Source: Abditibacterium sp. (GTDB taxonomy: Bacteria; Armatimonadota; Abditibacteriia; Abditibacteriales; Abditibacteriaceae). From it: a DNA stretch of 64,000 nt. The notes under the pieces are model-generated. The model did not search any database. It had not been told where the DNA came from and worked only from the letters and a program-made list of their open reading frames with translations. Shown here piece by piece: positions 56,042 through 64,000 of the stretch (its first letter is position 1; the number at the start of each line of letters is the position of its first letter). The position numbers were made by a program, and so were the translations under genes. The stretch lies in contig JAUJNG010000013.1 of assembly GCA_030448265.1 (NCBI GenBank), positions 94,621 through 158,620 of the forward strand. The letters run 5' to 3'.

Positions 56042-57172
56042 GTGCCTGGTCTTTACGTTCACATTCCGTTTTGCGCGCGTCGCTGTCCCTACTGCGATTT
56101 CGCGGTCAGCACTAACGCGCGGGCCGATTTTCGGGACTCTTACGTCGCCGCGCTGCAAACCGAACTCGAAACGGCGCTGGGCGAAACCAATTTACGCTTC
56201 GAAACCGTATTTTTCGGTGGCGGCACACCCACCGAGCTTCCCGCCACGACTTTAGGTCGCATTTTGGCCTCCGTTCTTCCCCATGTGGCGCCGGATGCAG
56301 AAATTTCGCTCGAAGCCAACCCCGAAAACCTCGATTTGAGGTTTTTGAAGGCGTTGCGCGCGGGCGGCTGGAACCGATTATCGCTGGGCGCGCAGAGTTT
56401 CGATGAGCGCGAACTGCGCGTTCTGGGCCGCGCCCACGACGCGAAGAAAATCGAAAACGTGGTGCGCGACGCCAAAACCGCCGGATTTCAAAATATTTCG
56501 CTCGATTTGATTTACGGCGCGCCGCGCACGAGTTTGGGGTCGTGGCGCACCAGTTTGCGGCGCGCGATTGCGCTCGATGTGACGCACATTTCGGCTTATT
56601 CGCTGACCATTGAAGAGGGCACCGCGTTTGGGCGCGCGGTTTCGCGGGGCGATATGGGCGCGCCCGACGACGATTTCGGCGGCGAATTGATGGACGAAGC
56701 GGCTCAAATGCTGGGCGAGGCGGGTTTCGAGCGTTATGAAGTGTCGAACTGGGCCAGAATGGGTTTCCGAAGCCGCCACAACGCCAACTACTGGCGCGGC
56801 GGCGATTATCTGGGCGTGGGATGCGGCGCGCACTCGCATTTCGAGGGCCATCGCTTTTGGAACGAACGCGACGCGAAGACTTACGTCAAGGCAATACAAA
56901 CCCAGGGCACGGCGCGTGCGGGCGAGGAATGGTTGACGCCGCGCCAGCGCGCGGTTGAACTGGTGGCGCTGGGTGTGCGCTGTCGCGACGGGTTCAGCCT
57001 CGAAGAAGTCTCCCAAACCGGCGCCTTCGATGCCCGCGCCGCTTTGAACGGCCAGCTTGTGGCCTTAATTGCAACGGGAGCGTTGCGCGAGGAAAGCGAA
57101 CGCATCGTTCCAGGCGCGCAGGGTTTTGCCATCGCCGACGGTCTGGCGGCGCGTTTAGTCGGACAATTTTAG
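56042..57172 (+). CDS. hemW: Radical SAM heme chaperone HemW
   Basis: YVHIPFCARRCPYCDF, FFGGGTP, EANP, DLIYG, YEVSNW, HNANYW. Start uncertain (GTG 56042 or ATG 55997). Confidence 0.92.
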   Translation: MPGLYVHIPFCARRCPYCDFAVSTNARADFRDSYVAALQTELETALGETNLRFETVFFGGGTPTELPATTLGRILASVLPHVAPDAEISLEANPENLDLRFLKALRAGGWNRLSLGAQSFDERELRVLGRAHDAKKIENVVRDAKTAGFQNISLDLIYGAPRTSLGSWRTSLRRAIALDVTHISAYSLTIEEGTAFGRAVSRGDMGAPDDDFGGELMDEAAQMLGEAGFERYEVSNWARMGFRSRHNANYWRGGDYLGVGCGAHSHFEGHRFWNERDAKTYVKAIQTQGTARAGEEWLTPRQRAVELVALGVRCRDGFSLEEVSQTGAFDARAALNGQLVALIATGALREESERIVPGAQGFAIADGLAARLVGQF

Positions 57173-57194
57173 AAGTTTTGACGGGGAAAATACC

Positions 57195-58436
57195 ATGAAA
57201 AAATGCTGGTCTTTTGCAATCGGGGCGTTGGCTTTGCCGCTCGCCCTTTTTTCGGGTGTCGCCAGGGCGCAAAACGCTCCGGCACCGCCGCGCACCGTTT
57301 ATCTTTACAGTGCGGCGCTGGGCACGGTGGGAGGCAATCTGGGCGCCGCCAAAACCGCGCCCTGGGGCAATGGCCTGGCGGCCATCGCGCGCGAAACGGT
57401 CTATGAAGGCGCTCCGGTTTTGGGCGTCACCACGCGCAACTTTCAGGAAGGCGTGCGCTTCGATTTAAACACGCCCATCGACATCGAGGGCTTTCGCGCC
57501 AACGGCTTTTTACGGCTCCGGCTCCGCTTTCGAGACACCGCTCCCGCCGCGACCGAAGGCGCGGTCGAGGGCGAAGGTGAAATTCCTCCAGGCGCAATGG
57601 AAGAAGATCCCAGAGCAAGGAGAAGAGAGAGAAGGCAGCGCAGGGAGGCCGCTCCCCTGCTGAAACCGGCGTGGAAAGGCGCGGCTCAGTTCGGCGGCGC
57701 CCTGCCGCCTCTGGGCGGAGCGGGCGCCGAGGGCGAAATGAATCCCGACGGCACCACCCCTGAAGAAGCGCTGCCTTCCCAGCAGACCAACATCACCGAA
57801 CTGGGCATCACCCTGCTGCGCGACAACGGCGTCACGATGGGACGTATTCCCGTCAACCTCGAAACCAGCGAGCCCGATGAAGAAGGCTGGCGTCTGTTCG
57901 TGCTGCCCATCAGGGACATGACCTCGACCGCCAATGCTTCGGGGCCGGTGCGGAGCGTGATTCTCACCAGCGACGAAGAAGACTCTTTTTATCTGGCGCA
58001 GGCCGCGCTTGTGATTGAAAGCGGTCAAATGACGGTCTCGATTCGCCGCATCGAAGACCCGCCAGGCGCACAGGTGAGCGAAGTGGAGTTCAAACCTGGC
58101 GCTGTCACCCTGATTGCCGATGTCGAAGCCGGAGCCGCCGATCCCGCGGTGGAATGGAATTTCGACGCCGACAACGTGGGAAATTTGCCGCTCACGGTTT
58201 TCACTAACCCCAACGCGCCCAATCCAGCGCTGGGCGAGGGAGAACTGGGCGGCGAATTTCCGGCAGAGGGGCAGGCGACGGTGCCGGCTGGCCCCCGCCT
58301 CGACGCGCGCGGTTTGACGGGGACTTTCACCTATCCCAACGAGGAGCAAAACTACCGCGTTGAAGTCACGGTGCGTGACCGCAGCGGCCAGAAACAGCCC
58401 GTGAAAGCCTCGATCTTAGTGAAAGTGCGCGGCTAA
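57195..58436 (+). CDS. Secreted acidic hypothetical protein with a PKD-like C-terminus
   Basis: Signal peptide ending ARA; WNFD...FTYP...YRVEVTVRD. Confidence 0.7.
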   Translation: MKKCWSFAIGALALPLALFSGVARAQNAPAPPRTVYLYSAALGTVGGNLGAAKTAPWGNGLAAIARETVYEGAPVLGVTTRNFQEGVRFDLNTPIDIEGFRANGFLRLRLRFRDTAPAATEGAVEGEGEIPPGAMEEDPRARRRERRQRREAAPLLKPAWKGAAQFGGALPPLGGAGAEGEMNPDGTTPEEALPSQQTNITELGITLLRDNGVTMGRIPVNLETSEPDEEGWRLFVLPIRDMTSTANASGPVRSVILTSDEEDSFYLAQAALVIESGQMTVSIRRIEDPPGAQVSEVEFKPGAVTLIADVEAGAADPAVEWNFDADNVGNLPLTVFTNPNAPNPALGEGELGGEFPAEGQATVPAGPRLDARGLTGTFTYPNEEQNYRVEVTVRDRSGQKQPVKASILVKVRG

Positions 58437-58449
58437 AGCGTGCTGGAGC

Positions 58450-58555
58450 AATCGGGTTAAAATTGTTCACCGCAAAGACGCAGAGAAATGAGAACGGGCT
58501 CTCTTTTCTTTCTCTGCGCCTATGCGTCTTTGCGGTGAACAATTTTAACCCGATT
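58450..58555. repeat. Palindromic MITE-like element (caccgcaaagacgca family)
   Basis: 33-bp perfect arms 58450-58482/58523-58555. Confidence 0.85.
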
Positions 58556-58565
58556 TTTCCGATTT

Positions 58566-59414
58566 ATGAGCGGTTTTCACACTCTGGCACGCCCCGTCGA
58601 AATCGGCGGCGTCGGTCTGCACTGCGGAAGTCAGGTCGAATTGCGAATCGTGCCCGACGAGCGCATCGGCTGGCGTTTCGTGCGCCTCGATTTACCCCAG
58701 TCGCCCGAAGTCGTCGCTGCGGTCGAAAATGTCGCCGCGACCCAGCACGCCACGGTTTTAGCGCAGGGTAAGGCGAGCGTTTCGACAACCGAACATTTGC
58801 TGGCGGCGCTGTGGGCACTCGACGTGACGCACGCGCGCATCGAACTCGACGGCCCCGAAGTGCCGATTCTGGACGGCAGCGCCCTGGCCTGGGTCGAAGC
58901 GCTCAAAGCGGCCGGATTGCAGCCCGTCGAAGGGCCGCGTCCGCTTTTCGGCCTGAACCGTATGGTGTGGTGGGAAGGCGGAGGCGCGAACGTTGTGGGC
59001 GTGCCCCACGACGAATTTCGACTTAGCGTCGCGGTCGATTTCGACCATCCCCACGCCGGTGCCCAGAGCGTCGATTTTTCGCTTGACGGCGCCACTTTCG
59101 AGCGCGAAATCGCTCCGGCGCGCACTTTTACGCTGGAGAATTGGCTCGAACCGCTTCGCGCGGCGGGCCTGATTCGTGGCGGCTCGCTCGACAACGCCGT
59201 GGTAGTGAGCGACACGGGGCTTTCGTCGCCGCCGCGACTGGAAAACGAAATGGCGCGCCATAAAGCGCTCGACTGCATCGGCGACCTCGCGCTGCTTTTT
59301 GGCGGCAACGGAGGCGCGCTTCGCGCCCATTTCATTGCCATTCGCGCCGGACACGGGCCACATCGGGATTGGATGGAGTCTTGCCAGCGCCAGAATGCTC
59401 TGCTACGATTTTAA
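58566..59414 (+). CDS. lpxC: UDP-3-O-acyl-N-acetylglucosamine deacetylase
   Basis: GVGLHCG, TTEHLLAAL, EVPILDGS, EIAPARTF, ARHKALDCIGDL, AGH. Confidence 0.93.
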   Translation: MSGFHTLARPVEIGGVGLHCGSQVELRIVPDERIGWRFVRLDLPQSPEVVAAVENVAATQHATVLAQGKASVSTTEHLLAALWALDVTHARIELDGPEVPILDGSALAWVEALKAAGLQPVEGPRPLFGLNRMVWWEGGGANVVGVPHDEFRLSVAVDFDHPHAGAQSVDFSLDGATFEREIAPARTFTLENWLEPLRAAGLIRGGSLDNAVVVSDTGLSSPPRLENEMARHKALDCIGDLALLFGGNGGALRAHFIAIRAGHGPHRDWMESCQRQNALLRF

Positions 59415-59519
59415 AAGGCGCTTTCGGTTAGAAAAGCGGCGCGGACGGGTATAATGTAGCTGTGAGTTTCGCGCCGGCCCTTTTTATTTTTCAGCGCGCC
59501 GCCGCGAGGAGCATTTTTT

Positions 59520-60209
59520 ATGATTTTTCCCATTTCCAACGCGGTTTTCGGCCCGCCGAGACATCCCAAAAGCCTCAAAAGTGGTTTCACACTTATTGAA
59601 CTCCTGGTCGTTATAGCCATAATAGCGATCCTCGCCGCCATCCTCTTTCCCGTGTTCGGACGCGCCCGCGAAAATGCGCGTCGCTCGTCGTGCCAGTCGA
59701 ATTTAAAGCAGATCAATCTGGGAATTCAACAATATACGCAGGATGCCGACGAGAAGTATATGCCGCAAAACGTTGTTGCTTACGCGTCAGGTGGGCCATA
59801 CAAAACATTCGCTCACCTTTTGCAGCCTTATACCAAAAGCACTCAAATCTTTGTTTGTCCCTCGGCAACCGGATCTCCCGTCGCCGTAGCTACAACGGCC
59901 GACACCACCGACCATTCCTGGCAGGCGAACTTTCAAAATTTAAATATTATCGGTTCTTACGGAGCAAACAGTGCGATTATTGCATCTTCCCCCATCTCTG
60001 AAGGGCAAATCGCGTCTCATTCAACAACCGTATTACTTTTTGATGCCACTTATCCTGAGGGCGCCCCTGGCACCAACGGTTTCTCATCGGCATTGAGACG
60101 GCATCTGGAAGGCGCTAATATTGGCTTCGCCGATGGACACGTTAAATTTTTTCCGCGCACGCGCGCTTTAGACCCCAACGGTCTCAATTTTGTCCCCAGT
60201 CCTCCTTGA
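59520..60209 (+). CDS. DUF1559 prepilin-type N-terminal cleavage/methylation protein
   Basis: [49 protein letters not shown]. Confidence 0.93.
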   Translation: MIFPISNAVFGPPRHPKSLKSGFTLIELLVVIAIIAILAAILFPVFGRARENARRSSCQSNLKQINLGIQQYTQDADEKYMPQNVVAYASGGPYKTFAHLLQPYTKSTQIFVCPSATGSPVAVATTADTTDHSWQANFQNLNIIGSYGANSAIIASSPISEGQIASHSTTVLLFDATYPEGAPGTNGFSSALRRHLEGANIGFADGHVKFFPRTRALDPNGLNFVPSPP

Positions 60210-60229
60210 TCTTCCAATCTGCAAAACCC

Positions 60230-60264
60230 AAACGCCACCCGAACATTCGGGCGGCGTTTCTTTT
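60230..60264 (+). terminator. Intrinsic terminator
   Basis: aaacgccacccgaa/ttcgggcggcgttt followed by a T tract. Confidence 0.7.
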
Positions 60265-60289
60265 CGCGTCTTTCGTATGCTTAACCGTT

Positions 60290-61054
60290 GTGGCATTTTG
60301 CGAACTTCATTATTCCAGCCCCTCGCTGCAAAAGCAGACGGGCTGCAACATCCTCATCCCCGAACTTCCCGATTTCAACGGCCCCTATTCCGTTCTTTAT
60401 CTGCTGCACGGGCTTTCCGACGACTACACCATCTGGCAGCGCAAAACCAGCATTGGGCGCTATGTGCAGATGCTGCCGCTCATGGTGGTGATGCCCGATG
60501 GCGGGCGCGGTTTTTACACCGACGCCAAAGAAGGCTACGCCTACGAAAGCGCGATGATGCAGGACTTAATCCCTTTCATCGACCGCACCTTTCACACTCG
60601 CGCCGAGCGCAAAGGACGCTGCATTAGCGGGTTGTCGATGGGCGGCTACGGCGCGCTGAAACTGGCGCTCAAACATCCCGATTCGTTCGTTTCGGCGCAC
60701 GGTCATTCGGGGGCCTACGGCTTCGCGCACGGCGATTGGCGCAGCGATCAAAGCGAATTTACCCGCATCACCGGCCCCAATCCCCAGGGCGGCCCCGACG
60801 ATGTTTATGCGCTCGCCGAAGCCGCCGACCGTTCCAAACTGCCCGCGCTGCGTTTCGACTGCGGCACCAGCGATTTTCTCATCGAAGACAACCGCAAGTT
60901 TCACGGGCATTTGCAAAGCCTCGGCGTGCCCCACGAATACGCCGAATTTCCTGGCGCCCACGATTGGGCCTACTGGGATAAACACATCCAATCGGCGCTG
61001 CGCTTCCATGCCAAACATCTCGGCGTTTCCAAGCCGCGACTTCGTGCGAGCTAA
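60290..61054 (+). CDS. Esterase family protein (putative S-formylglutathione hydrolase/XynC-like)
   Basis: YLLHGLSDD, VMPDGGRGFY, GLSMGGYGA, DCGTSD, GAHDW; GTG start. Confidence 0.9.
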   Translation: MAFCELHYSSPSLQKQTGCNILIPELPDFNGPYSVLYLLHGLSDDYTIWQRKTSIGRYVQMLPLMVVMPDGGRGFYTDAKEGYAYESAMMQDLIPFIDRTFHTRAERKGRCISGLSMGGYGALKLALKHPDSFVSAHGHSGAYGFAHGDWRSDQSEFTRITGPNPQGGPDDVYALAEAADRSKLPALRFDCGTSDFLIEDNRKFHGHLQSLGVPHEYAEFPGAHDWAYWDKHIQSALRFHAKHLGVSKPRLRAS

Positions 61055-61062
61055 GAAGAAAT

Positions 61063-61154
61063 TTCACACCAAGAAACAAAGGTCGCACAAAGAACACAAA
61101 GAAATCCAAAAAATCCTTTGTGTTCTTTGTGCGACCTTTGTTTCTTGGTGTGAA
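61063..61154. repeat. Palindromic MITE-like element (cacaaagaacacaaag family)
   Basis: 39-bp perfect arms 61063-61101/61116-61154. Confidence 0.88.
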
Positions 61155-61161
61155 CCCAAAC

Positions 61162-62127
61162 TCAGGCGCGAGACGGCAATTCATCGTGCCGTCGGCAGTT
61201 TTCGACGGCGCGCGCGAGGTGTTTGCACCACCACTGCGGCGTCCAGACATCGGGTTCGTGGTGGGCGTGACGGTAGCGAAAATCGGGGCAGTCGCAAAAC
61301 ACCTGGCCGCCTTCGACATCCACGACCGGATGCCAGCGCGTGGCGTCGTCGCGGGTGAAAGAGCGCGTGCGAAAGAAAACGTGTCCGGCGGCGGCATGAT
61401 CACGGCGCACCTTGCGATGGCGCGGCGCGAAACGCGGCTTTTCAAGTTGAAAACCCCCGCCGTAAGTCAGCGCCAGAAGGTCGCGCGCATCGGGCGCGTT
61501 TTCCAGGCTCTGCCAGCCGCTCGCTTCGGCGTCCGTCGCCGCGACGCGAAGCAAGTTCGAGGGCACGGTTTGCGGGGCCGCACTCAAAATCCGTTCGTTT
61601 TGCACCCTTCCATCGAGCCACAACTTTACCGCGTCGCCGCGCAAAATAGCGGGCATGCGCGCGCCGAGCGGCTCCACCAGACGGTTGGCCTCAACCGTCA
61701 CCAGAGCGAGCCGGTCTTCGTCCTCGTCCGGCTCCCAGATCGCGGCCAGATAGAGCGGCTCACCGCTGCGGGCGCGAAAATAAAACGGCACATTTTGGCC
61801 GTCGATGTCGCGCCACATCCAAAACCCGTCGGCGGGCACGACGGCACGGCGCCCGCGCAAAGCGGCGGCAAACGCCGGACGGCGCGCCAGAGTTTCGGCG
61901 CGCGCCGCGAACAGGCGCTGGCGCTCGCGCTGCGAGGCGTTCCACCACTGGGGCACCAGTCCCCAGCGAAAACCGCGAAAAACTCGCGCGCCCTCTTCAT
62001 CCACGACCGCGCCGAGCAACTGCCCTGGCGCGATCTCGAAACGCGGCGCCAGCGAAAATTCGCGCCGCGCCACGCCCAATTCACGCACCACTCTCTCGCC
62101 ACTGTGAAGCGTCAACTTCTTTTGCAT
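61162..62127 (-). CDS. SRAP (YedK/HMCES-like) domain lacking catalytic residues, fused to a SWIM zinc finger
   Basis: PRFEIAPGQ, RWGLVP, ARAET, PADGF, RMPAIL; C-terminal CDC-x20-CKH. Confidence 0.8.
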   Translation of the reverse strand: MQKKLTLHSGERVVRELGVARREFSLAPRFEIAPGQLLGAVVDEEGARVFRGFRWGLVPQWWNASQRERQRLFAARAETLARRPAFAAALRGRRAVVPADGFWMWRDIDGQNVPFYFRARSGEPLYLAAIWEPDEDEDRLALVTVEANRLVEPLGARMPAILRGDAVKLWLDGRVQNERILSAAPQTVPSNLLRVAATDAEASGWQSLENAPDARDLLALTYGGGFQLEKPRFAPRHRKVRRDHAAAGHVFFRTRSFTRDDATRWHPVVDVEGGQVFCDCPDFRYRHAHHEPDVWTPQWWCKHLARAVENCRRHDELPSRA

Positions 62128-62270
62128 TTCATGTCCTTTTAATTTCAAATTCTTTCGACAGAGGCATTTTTCACTGATTTCAATGAAAGTAATTATTAGA
62201 CGGAAATGGGTAACAGACGTTGCGCGGAAATGGAAGTTTTTGTGTCGAAATGAGCGTGTTTTTGGTTGGC

Positions 62271-62360
62271 TTGGAGAACGCGAAGCGTGAGCGAGTGAAG
62301 CCTGACTGTGACTTCGATGTGGCAGCCACGCCTCACTCGCTCACGCTTCGCGTTCTCCAA
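62271..62360. repeat. Palindromic element (cgaagcgtgagcgag family)
   Basis: 28-bp perfect arms 62271-62298/62333-62360. Confidence 0.85.
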
Positions 62361-62372
62361 TGCGGCAAAACA

Positions 62373-62400
62373 AAAACGGGCCGATATATCGGCCCGTTTT
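62373..62400. terminator. Bidirectional terminator-like hairpin
   Basis: aaaacgggccgatatatcggcccgtttt. Confidence 0.75.
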
Positions 62401-62415
62401 TGGAAAAGCATGGTT

Positions 62416-62826
62416 TTATTTGATGTTCGCACTCGCTTCGTAAACCTGGCCTTGCGGCTGGCCTTCGGCGCGAATTTGCTCCACGATGTCGCGCGGCGCC
62501 AGATAAGGCAGCACGAGGGAGGCCACCAGAATCGGGCCGGCGAGAAGTTCAATGCCATCAAGGGCGAAATCCGCCGCCATGCCGACGATGGGCAGCAGGA
62601 GCATCAGAGCGGTTTGCAGAGGCAGTTCGAGGATTTCGAGGACGAAAACCGCGCCCAGTCCCAATCCCAGCGCCGCGATTTTGGATTTGAAGGGCACGCG
62701 GCCATCGCGCAGCAGACGCAAACCGAGTTTGAAATCGAGGGCGCCGCCCGATGCGCCCTGCACGCTCGACGCGACGGCCCGCCCCAGCAAACGGCGACCC
62801 ACAAAAGCGGCAATGTGACGAATCAT
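62416..62826 (-). CDS. Small membrane protein, YkvA/DUF1232-like
   Basis: [14 protein letters not shown] followed by hydrophobic helices. Confidence 0.6.
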   Translation of the reverse strand: MIRHIAAFVGRRLLGRAVASSVQGASGGALDFKLGLRLLRDGRVPFKSKIAALGLGLGAVFVLEILELPLQTALMLLLPIVGMAADFALDGIELLAGPILVASLVLPYLAPRDIVEQIRAEGQPQGQVYEASANIK

Positions 62827-63085
62827 AGAAGCTCCAAAAACACAAATTGGGCGCGTCGCCTTCATTTTGAATCAGCGAGAACCGACACTTCAACGCACCG
62901 GCGCGGCACTGGTTCGTTTTTTGCTTGTGGCGATGAGAATTTCAAAAAGGGAACAGTTCTTGACGTGCCCAGAACTGTGCCCGCGTCTGAGAGAAACGAA
63001 AGGCGCAACCCCGTCATTTTGCGGGACGTCAAAAGCACTAACCTCTTCAGGGTATTTTATCAAGAGACGTTGGGAGAACATTTTT

Positions 63086-64000
63086 ATGTCCGAAATCACC
63101 AAAAATAGTCGCGGTCGCCGCGCGCTTCAAGCCGGCGCCATCATCGCCGCCGCCGGTGCGGGTTACGCACTGCGCGACATGAGTGTGGATGCTCAAAATA
63201 GTCCCGCTACAACGGTGCCTCCGGCGCAAAAAACGCCCGTGGTGCAAACCGACGCCACGCGCGATGCTGCTTCGACCCAAGGCGCCTTCGCCGATGTCGC
63301 CAAAGCGGTCGAACCCGCCGTGGTCACGATTCGAACTCAGGAAGCGCGACAAAATCCGGCGAGCGGCGGCAGAGGCCCTGGCCCCCGCCTGCGTCCCTTC
63401 GGTGGGCAGGGACAGGGCGCCCCAGGCGGCGCCGAGCCGTTTGGCGGCGATTTGCAGGAATTCTTCAAGCAATTCCAGCGCAATTTCGGCCTCAACGAGC
63501 AATCGTTCAACTCCGATTCGTGGCAGGGCCGTGTCATGCGCGAAAAATGGGCCGAGGCCAAAGCGCAGTTCATTCAAGACCGGCGTGGCGGCGGTCTGGG
63601 CTCGGGCATGATTTATCGCGCCGACGGGCTGATTCTGACCAACGCACACGTCGTGCGCGGGGCGGACACCGTGGAAGTGACGCTTTCCGACGGTCGCAAA
63701 TTCGGGAAAGCCAAAGTGCTGGGCCGCGACGAGCGCACCGACATTGCGGTCGTCAAAGTGGATGCGACGGGCCTCCCTACCGTCAAATTGGGCGACTCCG
63801 ATGACACTCGCGTTGGCGATTGGGCCATCGCCGTCGGCAACCCCTTCGGCCTCGATCACACCCTCACCGTGGGCGTCATTTCGGCCAAAGCGCGCCAATT
63901 GAACCTCGCCCGCGACAATCGCACCGATTATTTGCAAACCGACGCTTCGATCAACCCTGGAAACTCCGGTGGCCCGCTTCTCGACATTTATGGCCGCGTG
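63086..64000 (+). CDS. htrA: HtrA/DegP-family protease, runs off the window end
   Basis: [45 protein letters not shown]. Absent from the ORF track because no stop lies in the window. Confidence 0.93.
   Translation, partial: MSEITKNSRGRRALQAGAIIAAAGAGYALRDMSVDAQNSPATTVPPAQKTPVVQTDATRDAASTQGAFADVAKAVEPAVVTIRTQEARQNPASGGRGPGPRLRPFGGQGQGAPGGAEPFGGDLQEFFKQFQRNFGLNEQSFNSDSWQGRVMREKWAEAKAQFIQDRRGGGLGSGMIYRADGLILTNAHVVRGADTVEVTLSDGRKFGKAKVLGRDERTDIAVVKVDATGLPTVKLGDSDDTRVGDWAIAVGNPFGLDHTLTVGVISAKARQLNLARDNRTDYLQTDASINPGNSGGPLLDIYGRV

Noticed and set aside
58566-59414. lpxC as an unusual feature
   Set aside because: Expected in a diderm bacterium, and the catalytic motifs are ordinary.

Overview
A 64-kb stretch of GC-rich diderm bacterial chromosome. 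DUF1559 prepilin-type genes, lpxC and many secreted hydrolases suggest an Abditibacteriota/Armatimonadota-like organism (inference only). Most of the window is housekeeping and accessory metabolism: two HtrA proteases, hydrolases, GH2 and GH151-like glycosidases, an ABC exporter, a hybrid histidine kinase, cinA, hemW, lpxC, tadA and three tRNAs. The main candidate for an uncharacterised system is an operon at 4.6-9.2 kb. It is preceded by NrtR-type operators and encodes a J-domain/pseudokinase, a vWA protein and a divergent adenylosuccinate-synthetase-like enzyme whose aspartate-binding loop is replaced. Other candidates are a Cys-rich uORF ending in RAPP upstream of a secreted 9-Cys peptide, a FapD/FapF-like C39 peptidase and barrel pair with a non-Fap small substrate, a catalytically dead SRAP domain fused to a SWIM finger, an orphan integron cassette with attC, and a mosaic three-gene Uma2 array. 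More than 15 palindromic miniature elements (REP/MITE-like) are present; several are nested and several supply coding sequence. Several frameshifts and the jumbled 7.45-8.08 kb segment may be sequencing or assembly errors. All family assignments come from motif recognition by eye; no searches were run.
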